From Podarcis cretensis (lineage: Eukaryota), in the NCBI GenBank assembly GCA_951804945.1, contig OX638154.1, forward strand, positions 51,832,001-51,896,000: a DNA stretch of 64,000 bases. The letters are read 5' to 3'. Positions within the stretch are counted from its first letter, which is position 1. Each line of letters opens with the position of its first letter. The notes beneath the pieces were generated by a model, which worked only from the letters and a program-made list of their open reading frames with translations, ran no database searches and was not told where the DNA came from. Shown piece after piece: positions 38,889 to 51,611 of the stretch. The position numbers and the translations under genes were made by a program.

Positions 38889-41800
38889 GTAGGATAGCAA
38901 CAGTTCATTTACCATAGCTCAAATGCCCTGCTGAAGTAAAAAAATAGAAGGTGCCTATAGTTAAACATACTCTGCGTGTCTATGGTATCTGCATCTTGTG
39001 GACTTCAACTGCTAACGAGCCTCATCAGCAATAAACCTATGGAAAGACTTCCACTTGAGCAACAGGGCTCCCCCTATTTCCCTCCACATAACCCTGTGGC
39101 CCCTGAAATTGGCTCTGAAATATCACGTGGCAAGTTGAAATGCTTGTGCAGACAAAACGTTTGTAATTGTGTGATGTTGAATTCTACATTCTTGAGTGGG
39201 AACTAGGACACCACCAGGTGGATATTGTTACCCTCTACTCAATTGAGAGGCAGAGCTTTGACTAGATGTCAGATCCTCCCCTTCCCTGAGGAGCAGTTCG
39301 TTTTTCTGCCTCACTTGCGAGTTCACCTATTTTCACTGTGCATTTCTGGCCTCATTTGAAATTCACTGTCTGATTAGAAGAACGTGTGGATGTTGTACTG
39401 TTATTCTGAGTTCCTATCAACACTATTTTTAGTTCTGTCTGATTACCAGTTGGCTTGCTTCTTTGCAAACTTAGCTTTCCCACCTCAAAAATTCCTTCCT
39501 CCTTCCTCCTTCAAGCATATCAAGACATTTAACAGCCCTCCACAAGCTCTGCTGCTATACTTGAAGAATTAATTGTACAGCTGATTACCCTAAGAATTAA
39601 TTGGAAAATTAATTATCCTTTTAAAAATAGAACTGATTACCAGTTAAAGGAAGTTGATCCTGACTGTGGTTACCCACACCTATTGACTCTGGCCCTGTGA
39701 ATTAATTACCTAAAGTGGCATAGTTTGTACTTTGATCCTTTTGTAGCCACTCTAGAAAGATCAATGAGTAGGATGCAGACCATGGCAAACTTGAAATTAA
39801 TTCTGCATCTCAGAAATTACATTACTTGCCTGCATTATTTGTGAATATTGGGATTATTTGGCCCATATTGTAAGACTTCAGTTCAAGATACTGGGTATAC
39901 CATAAAGTGATCCTAGAATTGGGCTCCATGAGGTCTTGTGTATTGTTAGATATGATTTAATTAACACTGTGCATGGGGAACTGGTAACAGTCTCACTGTA
40001 GCATCTGTCTTCACACTGCAGTAGGAGCGGGACTGAGTGTAAATAAATCTGCTCTATATGAGGCAATATATATGATTATTCATATAATGACATTAGTTTC
40101 CCTAATAAGGGGAGGGTCTTGGAAGCATGAGCTTGCCATTCTTATAGTCCTTGTACCTAGTATAAGGAGGAATTTGTTCACCCTTTCCCTATCATTGTAC
40201 CAGACCCAGTCAGTGTAGATGTAATAAGCTGTATACATTGTTCTTCTCTTATGCTTCCCTCTTAGCAAAGCGGATGATTAAATACAGCTGTGCAAATTGT
40301 CCAGAAATAGAAACTCTTCATTCACTGCAAGAGATTTGCACCATTCTTTATCTGCTGGCTTTCAAGGTGTGCAGATACAGAGAGGAATACAGGTCTTTGT
40401 ACTAGGTGGTTTTAGGTCTCGGAAGCAGCTGATCAAGTCTTTTGCCAAGTAGAATCAAAATGGAGAACCTCGGCACAGGATGACTGAATATATTTGGCAG
40501 TCTTTGCTTTGCATTTCCAGGTTGCTGCCAGCTTGTGTCACCACTACAGTGTTATGTAAATCCAGGATTTTATATTAGATTTTCTTCAGTTAAAAACAGA
40601 AACTGCCATTACTTAAATGGCTGGGAGCTGAAGCAATGGGAGCAAAACAACTGAATGGATTGTTTAATGCCCTCATGGGACAGAACTTTGTGCCAGGATT
40701 CAGTCCAAGGCAGTTTGTATATGTGGGAGGGAAGAATTATTACTCTCTGTAAACTGGTGAGCCTAATGGCTGTGCTGACAGGCTAGGAGCGTGAGAGAGG
40801 CAAATGGCAACCTTCTCGCATCACACGTCACTGGGATTCTTACATCAGCTTTTTCTGCTTATCCCAGGGGATGCATTGGGGATGAATAATAGTGACCTGA
40901 TGATGGGATCAGCACCTCATTAAGGTCTTCAGTCAGGGCTAGTCTGGTGCCAGTTGAAAGGAGACTGCAAGAAGAAGTTTCTGGTGCTTGCCAGAACTAC
41001 AGCAACTGGAGAAATTGGGCGATGCTTGAGAAGAGGATGTGCCAGTTTAGCATCAGAGGGCAGCTAATCCTTCATAAAGACCCTACCTTTGTCAAGGAAG
41101 TGTACCATGAGAAGTGCTTTGTGCAAATGTTCAGGAGCTTCAGTCTGCTTCTCAGCTGTTTGATTTGAAATGGCAAGGGGGATTAACTTGCTTTGTTCTG
41201 TGAACTTGGGATCACCCTGGCTGTGATGTACATAGTCTGCACAGTAACATTTTAAAGTTTCAAGCTGTTGTACCAGACTGTTTTAGTCTGTGAGTTGTTT
41301 GTCAAACTGATTCCGAGAGATCTTCTTCTATGCCTTTTCTGGGTTGGCTTCACCAAGAAGCAAGCTAACCCAAACTTTAGTGTTGAGATTGGACTAGGTT
41401 TCATACTAGAAGACTACAGTATATTTTATAATTATTAATAAGCATGGTTGGTTTCAACATAGCAATTTGTTACAAATGCCACACGTGCCATAACTTCTTA
41501 AGTTATTTACTCAAATGCAAAAACAAATAATAGCAATAGAAAAAAACTTATTCATTTATTTATATAACAAAGTCAATATGCTGCTTAATCAACAAAAACT
41601 ATGCTATAAAACTATGTAGAATAATGTCTGAGAAGGCACACATTAGGAAAATGTCATGTCAGAATTCTTCACCTGTGTGAATTTTCTGGAACAGCTCCTG
41701 CTGGCTCCTGATCATGGGATTGTCCTAGAAAAATCTGTGTGGATGACCAATTTTAACTTCACATTTTCCACATATATGCCTACATTCCTGTGGAGGCAAG

Positions 41801-44009
41801 TGTTACGTCAAAGTGTTTGCTTTTATGAGCTCTGCAGGGTAGAAAGCTATGAATGCACAGTTGGAAGTATTGACCTCCAGGGCATACTGGAACAAGCACA
41901 TCTGAGCACTACCAAACACAATCTATGCCATTCCCTTCCCTAAACATTCTTTTAGCTGCATAGCAGTCTCTTTTCACATCTGGCATGCTGATATAAATAA
42001 TACTTTATCTCTGTTGATAAAAAACAGATGCATGCTGACATCAAAATTCAAATTTGCACTGAACCAAACTATCTGTCTTTACACCTCCTTCTTGGCTTCT
42101 TGCCCAGATCTGTGTCTGGAGGAGCTGAAGTTCAGAGAGCAGGAGTTCTTTCCCATTTTCACTCCCTCATCAACCTCCTGTGTTCATTGAGAACCTTTTT
42201 TCAGTCTGCTGTGTTATGGTAACTATTCTGCATTAACAGGATGAGGTTCAGCAGTCTGTTTCTTTCATGAATGGATCTCTTGCTATCTACAGAGGTTTTA
42301 GGGTACAACTTCCTCCATCTTATAATGAAAACAATTGTCAAAGAGTATAAATAAAACACTACATCCTTTCCAGTTAACCTGCCCATGCATAAGATTTACA
42401 TGAGAAACCCTTCTGTAGGTGCCTTCCGCCTTCAGAAATTTAGGCAAGTGGCAAATAGGTAAAGAATAACAATTGGAGCACCAACACTGACAATCCCCTT
42501 CGCCTGTTTCCCACTTGCCTAAATCTCTGTGGTGGGTGGGTGGGGGGCAAACAAACAAACAGTTTAACCATATTGAATGGTTGGGGGCTAAGGAAGGGGT
42601 GAGGTTCTTTTTGTTTATCTGCTAATTAGTGGTTGTGAGTGTTGCTTTGTTTGTTGTTTGTTTATTGCTAATGTTGTTTATTACTGCTAAGGTGTGTTGA
42701 TTTTGTTTTCCTAATACGTTTTATGGAATACTAACATATTCTATGATTCCCCCCTCCTTTTTTCTAAGGTATAATGTACTTGCATATATTTTTCTGTGAC
42801 ATAAGTCACTAGGAGGCTCTTGAGTAACAAGTGACTAATAAGTTTAAATAATAATAATATTAGTAATAATAATAATAATATATTACACCTTTCCTCCAAG
42901 AAGCTGGTGGTTCATGTCCCCCACTTTATCCTCACAAGAACCCTATGAAGTAGATTTGATTAAGAAGGCTTGCCTTGCATGTAGCCACCCAATGAGCTTC
43001 ATGGCCAAGTGAATATTTGATCCTGGTTTTTTATGTCATAGTATGATGTAGCCAAAGTGTTTTGTTCCACTTTGGTTGGCCTTTTACTCTGTGGGATACG
43101 AATCCCATGAATATTGATTGGCACTTCCCAAGAGAACAGAGAGCATTCTAAAATTACTCAAAGATAGGAGGAAAAATAGATGCAGCGCCCTTATCTAAGA
43201 GTTACCCTTTTCTTAGTTATGATGAACCTAAAAGTATGCATTTCCGATGAGATGAGGCCTTAGCCGGAACCCACATATCTTCATTGGCCTTTTTTTCCAC
43301 CAAACTTCTATTGAAACTCCTTTGAAGTTTTTCCTAATACCCAAGACTCTGGAAATAGCTTGCATGCCCCTGGCAAAAATCCTAGAAGCTTGAGGATCAA
43401 GAATAATACCCCCTAAGGAATCAGAAAAGCAAAAGTATGTTCCATGTACAGCTGGATGTTGCTAAACATCCAATTTTGATGTCTTTCCACATGTGTTACA
43501 GCTCATCTACATAGTTTTCTGTGGTCCTGATTTATTGCTATTATGCTAATCTAGGAATTTAAGAAGTTAAAACTCTCAGAGCAGGTACATCATAAACTGG
43601 GTGTGCCCTGCATTGGTATCATGTATCTGGTTATGAAAACTACATATAGCACTCCAGAGCAAAGCATCCTACATCTGATTGCATTCATTTGAAGAGCAAC
43701 TATGTGGCACTGGATATCTTTGTGCCATGACTGCTTTGTTTTCTCACAATATGAACTCTGACTTCAGTTGTACTCATCAGCTGTGTGCTCCTTTTGCAGA
43801 GTTGTGAGTCACAAAGTGCTGAACATGACCTAGCGAAGGCTGATCTATACCAGAATCCTGCAGCAGGTACCTTGGTTTTAAGTTGCTAAGGCAGGGTCAA
43901 GCAGGGTCAGGTAGGTCAGGACCTGGGACAGCTCACAGTGCAAATTCCCAGGAATAGTTGAGATTGTTCTGCCAAAAGATCTGGTATTTGTAGTGCAGAT
44001 TTAGATATC

Positions 44010-44165
44010 ATACACACCATGCATTTCTCCCAACCCCAATAATCCTGGGAACTGTAGTTTCTCCCTTACAGAGCTACAATCCCCAGCACCCTTAGCAAGC
44101 TATAGTTCCCAGGATTCTTGAAGGGTATGTGTGTTTTAAATGCACTTGAAATGTATGGTGGTTAT
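44010..44165. repeat. Dispersed palindromic squamate repeat (MITE-like)
   Basis: Inverted arms aatcctgggaactgtagttt ... agctatagttcccaggatt. Related copies at ~16325-16445 and ~55840-55885. Confidence 0.6.
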
Positions 44166-46209
44166 GCAGACTTAGTTACATATCAGAAAAAGAATTGTTA
44201 CAGGGTTGAGAGATCTGTGTCTGCATTTCGTATCTTCACCCATCCTCTCTTTACTTGCTGCAACATACTCTTGCATTTCTTAGGCTGTAAGAATCCCATA
44301 ATTTCTTGCTGCTTTCTTACATCTCCAGCATTCCAACAAAATGACTCTTGGCTAAATTTGTAGCATATTAAAGCAGCAATGCTAACCTTGTGGTCTAGAT
44401 TTTCTAGCACAAATATTACCAGCTTTCCTAGCACCTGACAACATTGTTACACCTTGACTTGTGTCTCACAAACCTGTTCCATGTGAAGTCAAATTAATGG
44501 CATGTGTGCAGGTGCCAGATGCTCATTGCCAGAGTTCTGCTCAGGTGAATTTTTCAAATAGAGACCAATGGGAGATAAAATACTAAAATTCACATTTTCT
44601 CATTGCTTACTGTTTTGGAACATTTTTTAATGAAAGACACTATATAAACTTAGATGGAGCTGACTCATGTGGCAAGCTGACCAAACTTGCTTGAAACACT
44701 GCATCCCATCACTGCTTGTTGATCCCTGAAGTGGATGCTGAGTCATTAAACCCAGTGGCTGTTTATTTAGCCTTAATGTAGAAGAGGAGTAAGAACAGCA
44801 CGTTGTAGACAGGAAGCGGAGTATTCTCTGGAGGGGAATTTGTATGGTTTGGACCTCTGGCAGAATCTCTGCTTTGTTTGGTGTAGGTTGGCTTTAAATG
44901 AGTGCAACAGGATGCACCCAATAATTTTACTAGGATCATTTTGTGATCTAACTCTATTACAAACCTGCATAGTTAGAAAGCTGGAAAAAGACCTTGTTAC
45001 TTGGGAATAACTCATACTAAATAAGCTGGGGCTAACCTGGGTTGTAAAAAAATATTAACTGTGTTATTATCTGTTCAGTCAGCTCCCTGAGCACTAAGGA
45101 ATCAGTATTCTTATGTGCATGCCAGCATTTCATAACAGTTTATTTTGCTATGGTGCTATCCTCCATTGCAATACATTAACTTATAGAAGTTGGCATATAT
45201 GAAAACATAAAAACAAAAATGTAAAAATCCATTAGATAGCCACTATAATTTCCTTAGGAGAGTTCCCCCCCACCCCTGAATTTTATTCCACTAATACAAG
45301 ATGTACACCAATTTTTGGTGGCTTCTTCTGCGCTAGAGCCTTGAGATTTACTAGCCTGAACCAGTCATAAAAAGTGGAGCAGGGCTAGTTGAAATTATCT
45401 GCTGTCTCCTACAATGAGTCATACATTGGGATACACAGTTTACATAAGTTACTGCTTCACAGGATGTTCAACTGAAAATAGTGCTCAGAACACTTTCCCT
45501 TCTCCCCCTCCATTTCAAAAAAAAAACAACAAAAAAAACCTACTTAAGGAAGAGCACGCCTCAATGGAACTTTATTCTGAGTGAAATGCATAGGATTACT
45601 CTCATTGTCTTCTTTCCCATCCATTATCCATCTTTAAATGAAAGGTCTGGCCTCTACCATTTTAGTAGGGAGCTCCAGCTAAGGTGGGAGTTGTAAAAGG
45701 TTTGCAGCATTAGGAGGAAATAGTCTTATGCCAAGTCAGACTTTTTCTCTTCTTCCTCCCCTCTCCCATTTACCATGCTGCTTGATAAAAGCTGCCTCCA
45801 CTCAGGATATACACTCTTCACAGCCCTTCAAGCAGCCACACTTCTTTACTTTACTGTCTAATGATAGATAGATCTTGTAATCTTTGCATATTATATATTA
45901 TCTGCCTTTTCCATTAACTTGCATAATTCTGCTTTCATAGTGTAAGTCTTCCCCTTGTTTAAATGTGGTTTGCAAAGCCAAACTCCTAACTCTTCTGCAC
46001 CTTTTAACTTGTTGAAAAGCTCAGTGCCTGATAGTCTTGCCTCCTTATAGTCATAATTTTCGCAGTAGCTATTTGCAGTTGTCCCAGTTCTGAATTATAA
46101 GTAACCAAAACATACAATATTTTTTTAACAACGTTTATATGCCAATTTTCTGCCCACACACCCAAGGCAGTTTGCAGATTCCACCTTTTTGGCACAATAT
46201 AGAAATCCA

Positions 46210-46480
46210 GTCTTTAGTATTGTGGCACATACCTTTTGGAACTCCTTCTTGTTAAATATATGTCACATACTGAAGACAGGCACCGTCACCATTGTCTTTT
46301 TGGCACATACTGAAGACCTTTCTTTCCGAACAAGTCTTTTGAGTAAAGATCTTTCCCAGACTGCATCTGTATTGGAATTGTTTTTAGATGCTTTAATTGT
46401 TTTATTGCTTATGTGATCACTGCCCTGGACTCCCTTGGGAGGAAGAGTGGAATATACATTAAAATACTACAACTACTAAT
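46210..46480 (+). mobile_element. Old L2-like LINE 3' end
   Basis: FSIVAHTFWNSF-like segment, then ctgaagacctttcttt, and a 3' end ...gccctggactcccttgggaggaagagtggaatatacattaaaa(tac)n. Confidence 0.55.
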
Positions 46481-46928
46481 GCTTTGTAGACCTACCTGCT
46501 ACCTAAATGTGAAGTGAAAGAAAATTAAGAAGAGAATCATCCACTCAGATATATTCACTTGTTATGAAAAGCACCAATTTTGAGTTGAAACAATTTATTT
46601 TTATTTATAAAAATTTTACAATAGTATCCAAACCTACTTTTTAAAATTAAGGAGGTAGCATTATTTTGAGAATGCACAAAAGAAAAAAAAAAACCCTCCA
46701 GTGAGAACAGGATCCAGTACACGATACTCCTGATTTAGTGCTATGTCATGCATCACTTCTGGTTCTTGGTTAAAATGAGCTCTTTATTGTTTACTATAGT
46801 ATCATGTTCCAAAAGCAGGTTCAGTGCTGAAAAGTCATGCGTACATCTTTAATAGCCAATCTAAACTAAGCATTGTAGCAGTCGTCACAACTTTGTAAGG
46901 TTTGGCAGTTAGGCACTGGTTGAACTTG

Positions 46929-47311
46929 TGTTGGGGGAGGTGAGGTGTGGCCATCACCTGCCCCTCCAATATTAAGGGTATTCCGTTAAAGGAATCCGGG
47001 GGTGTGGATCTTGTCCGAAGCCCAGGGAGGGGCTAAGGCCATGCCATGACCCCATCAGGAACCCAGGGGGAGCTCGAGTTGATTTTCATCAATAGGGCTC
47101 CCCCTATTGGTGGTTGACCCTTACAAGACTCCCTGCATGGCAGGCAGGAGTCAGATATAGTCGGGTCATTTCCAATGCCTAAGCCAATACCAGTCACATT
47201 CTGTAACCAATAAAGTTGTGGCCAAAATTTGCCCAATAACCATTAAACTAATATCTGTGTCCTTGTGTCTTATTCATCATTGGGGGGGCGGGTGACCTCG
47301 GGGTCTTGACA
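46929..47311 (+). mobile_element. Probable solo LTR (~380 bp)
   Basis: GC-richer block bounded by tgttggggg...cttgaca (TG...CA), with an internal aataaagttgtggcc polyA-signal motif near 47209. No clear 4-6 bp TSD. Confidence 0.6.
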
Positions 47312-47992
47312 TGCAAACAGATTCAGTGCTGAAAAGTCATGTGTACATCTTGAATAACCAATCTAAACTTGAGTTTGTAGTACATCTGTACAAGAGTTGG
47401 AGCCCAATGCTCTGGTTATGGCATAGAGGTGGGTGTCTACAAATCTGCCTGTCTCTAGATTGCCACATTGCTGTTTGCTCCCTGGCTCAGTAGATAGAAA
47501 CCACATTAATCTACCAGGGGCTGCCTGTAACTGCACTACATAGGGTGGCATCTAATGTTGTGGAGTTGTCTTATGGCATACTTGCCAAAATGGTTTCCCA
47601 GCCTTGATTGCACCGAATAGACCTGTTGCACATATGAGTAATGCAAGTAGCTCCCTCCTTACATGTAGAAAGTGCTGCAGGTCTTTAGTGAAAGCAATGT
47701 GGTTTATTGTTCAGGATATCCACTTGGTACACATCAGAAAGAGAAGCAAAGACGGAAGACACTGTATGTAACAAAGAAACAATGGAGAAATAGATTCTCA
47801 AAGGTGCCTGTGTTTATTGAAACTCAGTCATTTTGGAAATAGAATTTTATTTTTCAGAGTCAATCTGAATTTTTAGCTCTAGGATATTCCTGAATCAAAA
47901 TAATGTGCTATAACATACAACCTAAAGAATGTATTTATGTAAGGTTTGTTGCCCTTTGTCTAATTTCTAATTGTTATGCTGTAACTTAAATA

Positions 47993-48349
47993 AGGGGACG
48001 CAGGTGGCGCTGTGGGTTAAAGCCTCAGCGCCTAGGACTTGCCGATCGAAAGGTCGGCGGTTCGAATCCCTGCGGCGGGGTGCGCTCCCGCTGCTCGGTC
48101 CCAGCGCCTGCCAACCTAGCAGTTCGAAAGCACCTCCGGGTGCAAGTAGATAAATAGGGACCGCTTACCAGCGGGAAGGTAAACGGCGTTTCCGTGTGCG
48201 ACTCTGGCTCGCCAGAGCAGCGATGTCACGCTGGCCACGTGACCCGGAAGTGTCTCCGGACAGCGCTGGCCCCTGGCCTCTTAAGTGAGATGGGCGCACA
48301 ACCCCAGAGTCTGTCAAGACTGGCCCGTATGGGCAGGGGTACCTTTACC
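47993..48349 (+). mobile_element. Full-length young Sauria SINE (tRNA-derived)
   Basis: Start ggggacgcaggtggcgctgtgg (A box), ggttcgaatcc B box at 48059-48069, core gccaacctagcagttcgaaagcac...gcaagtagataaatagg, tail acctttacct. TSD taacttaaata at 47982-47992 and 48350-48360. CpGs are retained. Confidence 0.93.
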
Positions 48350-48473
48350 TAACTTAAATATACCAGTGCAAATTCATTCAATAATCATCTTGGTCCCTGA
48401 AGTCTTTGTACATCAATAGTATGGGAAAAAAATGAAGCAAGCTAACCCTTCCAATGTATTTTTTTCTTAACAG

Positions 48474-48537
48474 ATAATCTGATCAAAGCCATCTTGTCAG
48501 CAACCAAAGATTATCGTCTTACTCCAGCCCTTGACAG
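48474..48537 (+). CDS. ST3GAL3: ST3GAL3 internal coding exon (64 nt)
   Basis: Acceptor tttttttcttaacag, reading (D)NLIKAILSATKDYRLTPALD(S), donor gtgagt. Frame is continuous with both neighbours. Confidence 0.97.
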
Positions 48538-50288
48538 GTGAGTAGATTCTTTTGGGAGCCTGAAGGAGCCCCTGGGAGTTGGTGGCCATTAATAAACTGC
48601 TTCCCTATGGGCTCTTGGCTTTGGAATAAAACGAGGAGCTGGGAATGATGCTCCTGTTCCAATCCATGGGGTCTATAAAATAGTTTTTTTGACAGCTTCA
48701 CAAATTTTATTCTCTAGTGTTACCGCAATCTGCTTGATTCCCTACATTCCAAAATAAATAACTGACAATCTTTCAACAAATGCATTAACTTGTCACAACC
48801 TCCCCCAAGGTATCATTGTAAGGCAGCAGAATTGCACAGTGTTTATTCAGACAAATATAAGGTTCAGCTTGTTCTCACTAACAGCTCCTCTTCTAAACCC
48901 TATGTTTATAGCTGTGGGGCAGTGGAGCTGATAGCAAGATTGATTATGGAAATTTTTACCTGGCTTTCGGAGGCGTGAGCTGTTAATGCACATATTCATG
49001 GGAGCAGCAAACTTGGATGTAGTGGCAGACATGTTCATTTGTCGTCGTCCTCCTCCAGTATTTTGCTTTTAATATAGAACATTCTTCACTAATCTATTGG
49101 CACATGGTGGAACCTCATACCTATTGTTGTTGTCTAATACTAGCTTAGCACCAAATTCTTGCTGTTTTCCTTTGCCTCAATTTCTTCTACTGAGCTTTGT
49201 ACCTCACTAAACATATTTTACATTCTGAATTGGCAAGAAAAATTGAGATAACTCTGTTCTGGGTCACCTGTCATAACCCATAGTTTAAAACAAACAGTGG
49301 TTTAGTGTGAACAGGCCGCATGTCCCATTTCTACTGCTGCAGTTCCATGGATGAACCAAACCAGAATCTGGCATGTTGTGTTGCTCACACCCAGGAAAAC
49401 CACAAGTGGTAAGCAAGGTTTGTTCTTGGCTTACCACTTGTGATTTCTTTGGAAGAAACAAGCCACAATCCTTGGTAGAGATTAAACTGATAGAAGGGAA
49501 AGAGATAAGAGAGACTTGAGGAAGTATGCAAGGAATTAAGGCTACACAGACAGAGATTAAAGGTTAAATATGGAGTTCTACAGAATAGAGTTAACCCATC
49601 CTAAAATCAGAGAATTTTAAATAAATACTTTTTCAAGCTTCTAGACAAGTCATTTTCATTCTCCTTTCCATTGAGTTACCTTAAAATAGTAAAATAGAAG
49701 AATAATAGTCCATTTTTATACAGACTGGATATGAGAATGAGTTAAATCAAGATTGCAGATCACTGTATATACTTGAAATATTACTGAAGTGAGGTGATAG
49801 TATTGCAGTTTTCAGTTGAAGCAAGAAGTGTTACCCTTGTTCTTGAACCAAAAATTCGATCAGCATCTCATCTTGTCTAGGAGCACTTCCAAGTGTCTGT
49901 CTTACTTCTGATGTGACAACTTTATGGAAATGTGGTCTGGTTTACAGACAGTCTACTATTGTGCTGTACTTTCTGCTTCAGTTGTGGTACTCCTTTGAGG
50001 CAGTTTTTAGTGTTTTTCTACACATCTTTGTATTTATGGTATCCCAGAGCATTCCTACTCTCCTGTTTCACATTGTTGGAGCCACTAAATGTAACCACAA
50101 ATCACATGCTATTTGGGACCTAGTTTCCAAAGTTATACTCAACAATACACAATATTTTTAATGTATATAAGACTTTACAGAGCAATAAATGGGAGGAAGA
50201 AGGAGAAAGAGTGAAATTAAGGAAGTGGCTTGTGTAGTACATAGACAGTTTTTCCTCATCCTTCAGTCTCCAATTCCTGTTGGCAATT

Positions 50289-50615
50289 ATGTACTTTTCT
50301 GTGTACAAGACAAGGGTTTTTTACTTCAAAGTAATGTAAAAAAATCAGGGGTCATCTTATACATGAGTAGTGCAGAGGAGGGATGTGTGCAGCTGCAAGC
50401 AGGAGCTTGTGTGCGGCGATTGGGTGGGTGAGTTGTTGCTGCGGCAAGGGCTGCCATGGATTGGCTGCTGCTGTGATTGTCAGGGTTTTTCAATCGTTTG
50501 ATTTATTTTCGGCATCCCCCCCCCCAAAAAAGCTCAACACTTCTGGGCCATTTCCCCCCATTTTCTCCCCCCATAGTCTTATACATGGGGGCGTGTTATT
50601 CACGGAAAAATAAGG
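50289..50615. mobile_element. Decayed Tc2/Kanga-like MITE
   Basis: The right end cgtgttattcacggaaaaataagg|ta resembles the right TIR of the 30753-33010 element. The left end atgtacttttctgtgtacaagac is a degenerate inverted copy. Internal tcttatacatg motifs are present. Confidence 0.6.
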
Positions 50616-50804
50616 TAATTCTTAAAATTACAATGCTCTTATTATGTCTTTGAAAGAGGATGTAAAAAGGAGCCTTTGAATGTAGTCGCTTTGACTTCTC
50701 CTGAACTACAGGAAGCACTGATGAGGAAATGTTGAAGGATCTGGATTGGGAATTTTATCTTGTATAAAAGGAGGAGACAACATGGGACAATAATGCTTTT
50801 ATAT

Positions 50805-50930
50805 TATTTATTTCATTTATGTCCCACTTTTCCTCCAATGATCTCAAAGTGGCATACAACCCCCATTCCACTGTATCCTCACAACAACCTAGTGAGGCAG
50901 GCTAGGTGAAGGGAAATTGACTGGCCCATT
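50805..50930 (-). mobile_element. CORE/MIR-like SINE 3' half
   Basis: atcctcacaacaacctagtgaggcaggctagg is the reverse-complement counterpart of the core at 53640-53675. Further copies at ~37885-38060 and ~42880-43030. Confidence 0.6.
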
Positions 50931-51515
50931 GTATGTAACAGGGAGTGAAGCAAAGTGTACCATCCAGTCCATTGAGCAGAGGACAAGAGGAAATTGGATT
51001 AAACACAGATCCAGGTCTAATGTCAAAGTGAATAGTAAAATAAAGGGAAGAGAATTGCAGTAGGAATTCTAACATGATTTTAACTAACAATCTACAACTG
51101 TCATTTTCCTCTTAAGGATTGTTTATTTGGGACCTTTCTCTGCATATTTTCCTATGCATAGATAAATGGTATTTAATTAAGCAGTTACTATTCTTCTGTG
51201 CAAACAAAATCTGCACTTAGTTTCCCTTACAGTTGTTTCATTATGAAAAGAAACATTTTGTTAGCTATTTAAATGCAGTGATTTCATCTTGAGCCAATAA
51301 GCCTAAGTAGATATGGTGAGAACATTTCCTCGTTTTGCTACCTGTGTTGCTATGCTCCCTGTATTATAAATTGACAGAGTTTGTTACTGCAAATTAATAG
51401 AGTACAGCCTCCTGATTATACTTACAGTGCCTGAATTGGATCTTGACCAGGAGGAGCTCTGTGCTTGTGGATTTTACTGTTTACCCAACTGCCCTTATCT
51501 CTGCTTCCTTCCCAG

Positions 51516-51611
51516 TCTCAGTTGCCGGAGATGTGTTATTGTGGGAAATGGTGGCATTCTAGCAAACAAGTCACTGGGTTTGAAAATCGATGACTACGAC
51601 ATTGTTATCAG
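51516..51611 (+). CDS. ST3GAL3: ST3GAL3 internal coding exon (96 nt, first half of sialylmotif L)
   Basis: Acceptor ctctgcttccttcccag, reading LSCRRCVIVGNGGILANKSLGLKIDDYDIVI(R), donor gtgagt. This is the GT29 sialylmotif L signature and it also appears inside ORF 51427..51615. Confidence 0.98.

Noticed and set aside
47993-48075. tRNA gene (A and B boxes)
   Set aside because: It is the tRNA-derived head of a Sauria SINE, continuing into the SINE body and tail, with TSDs.
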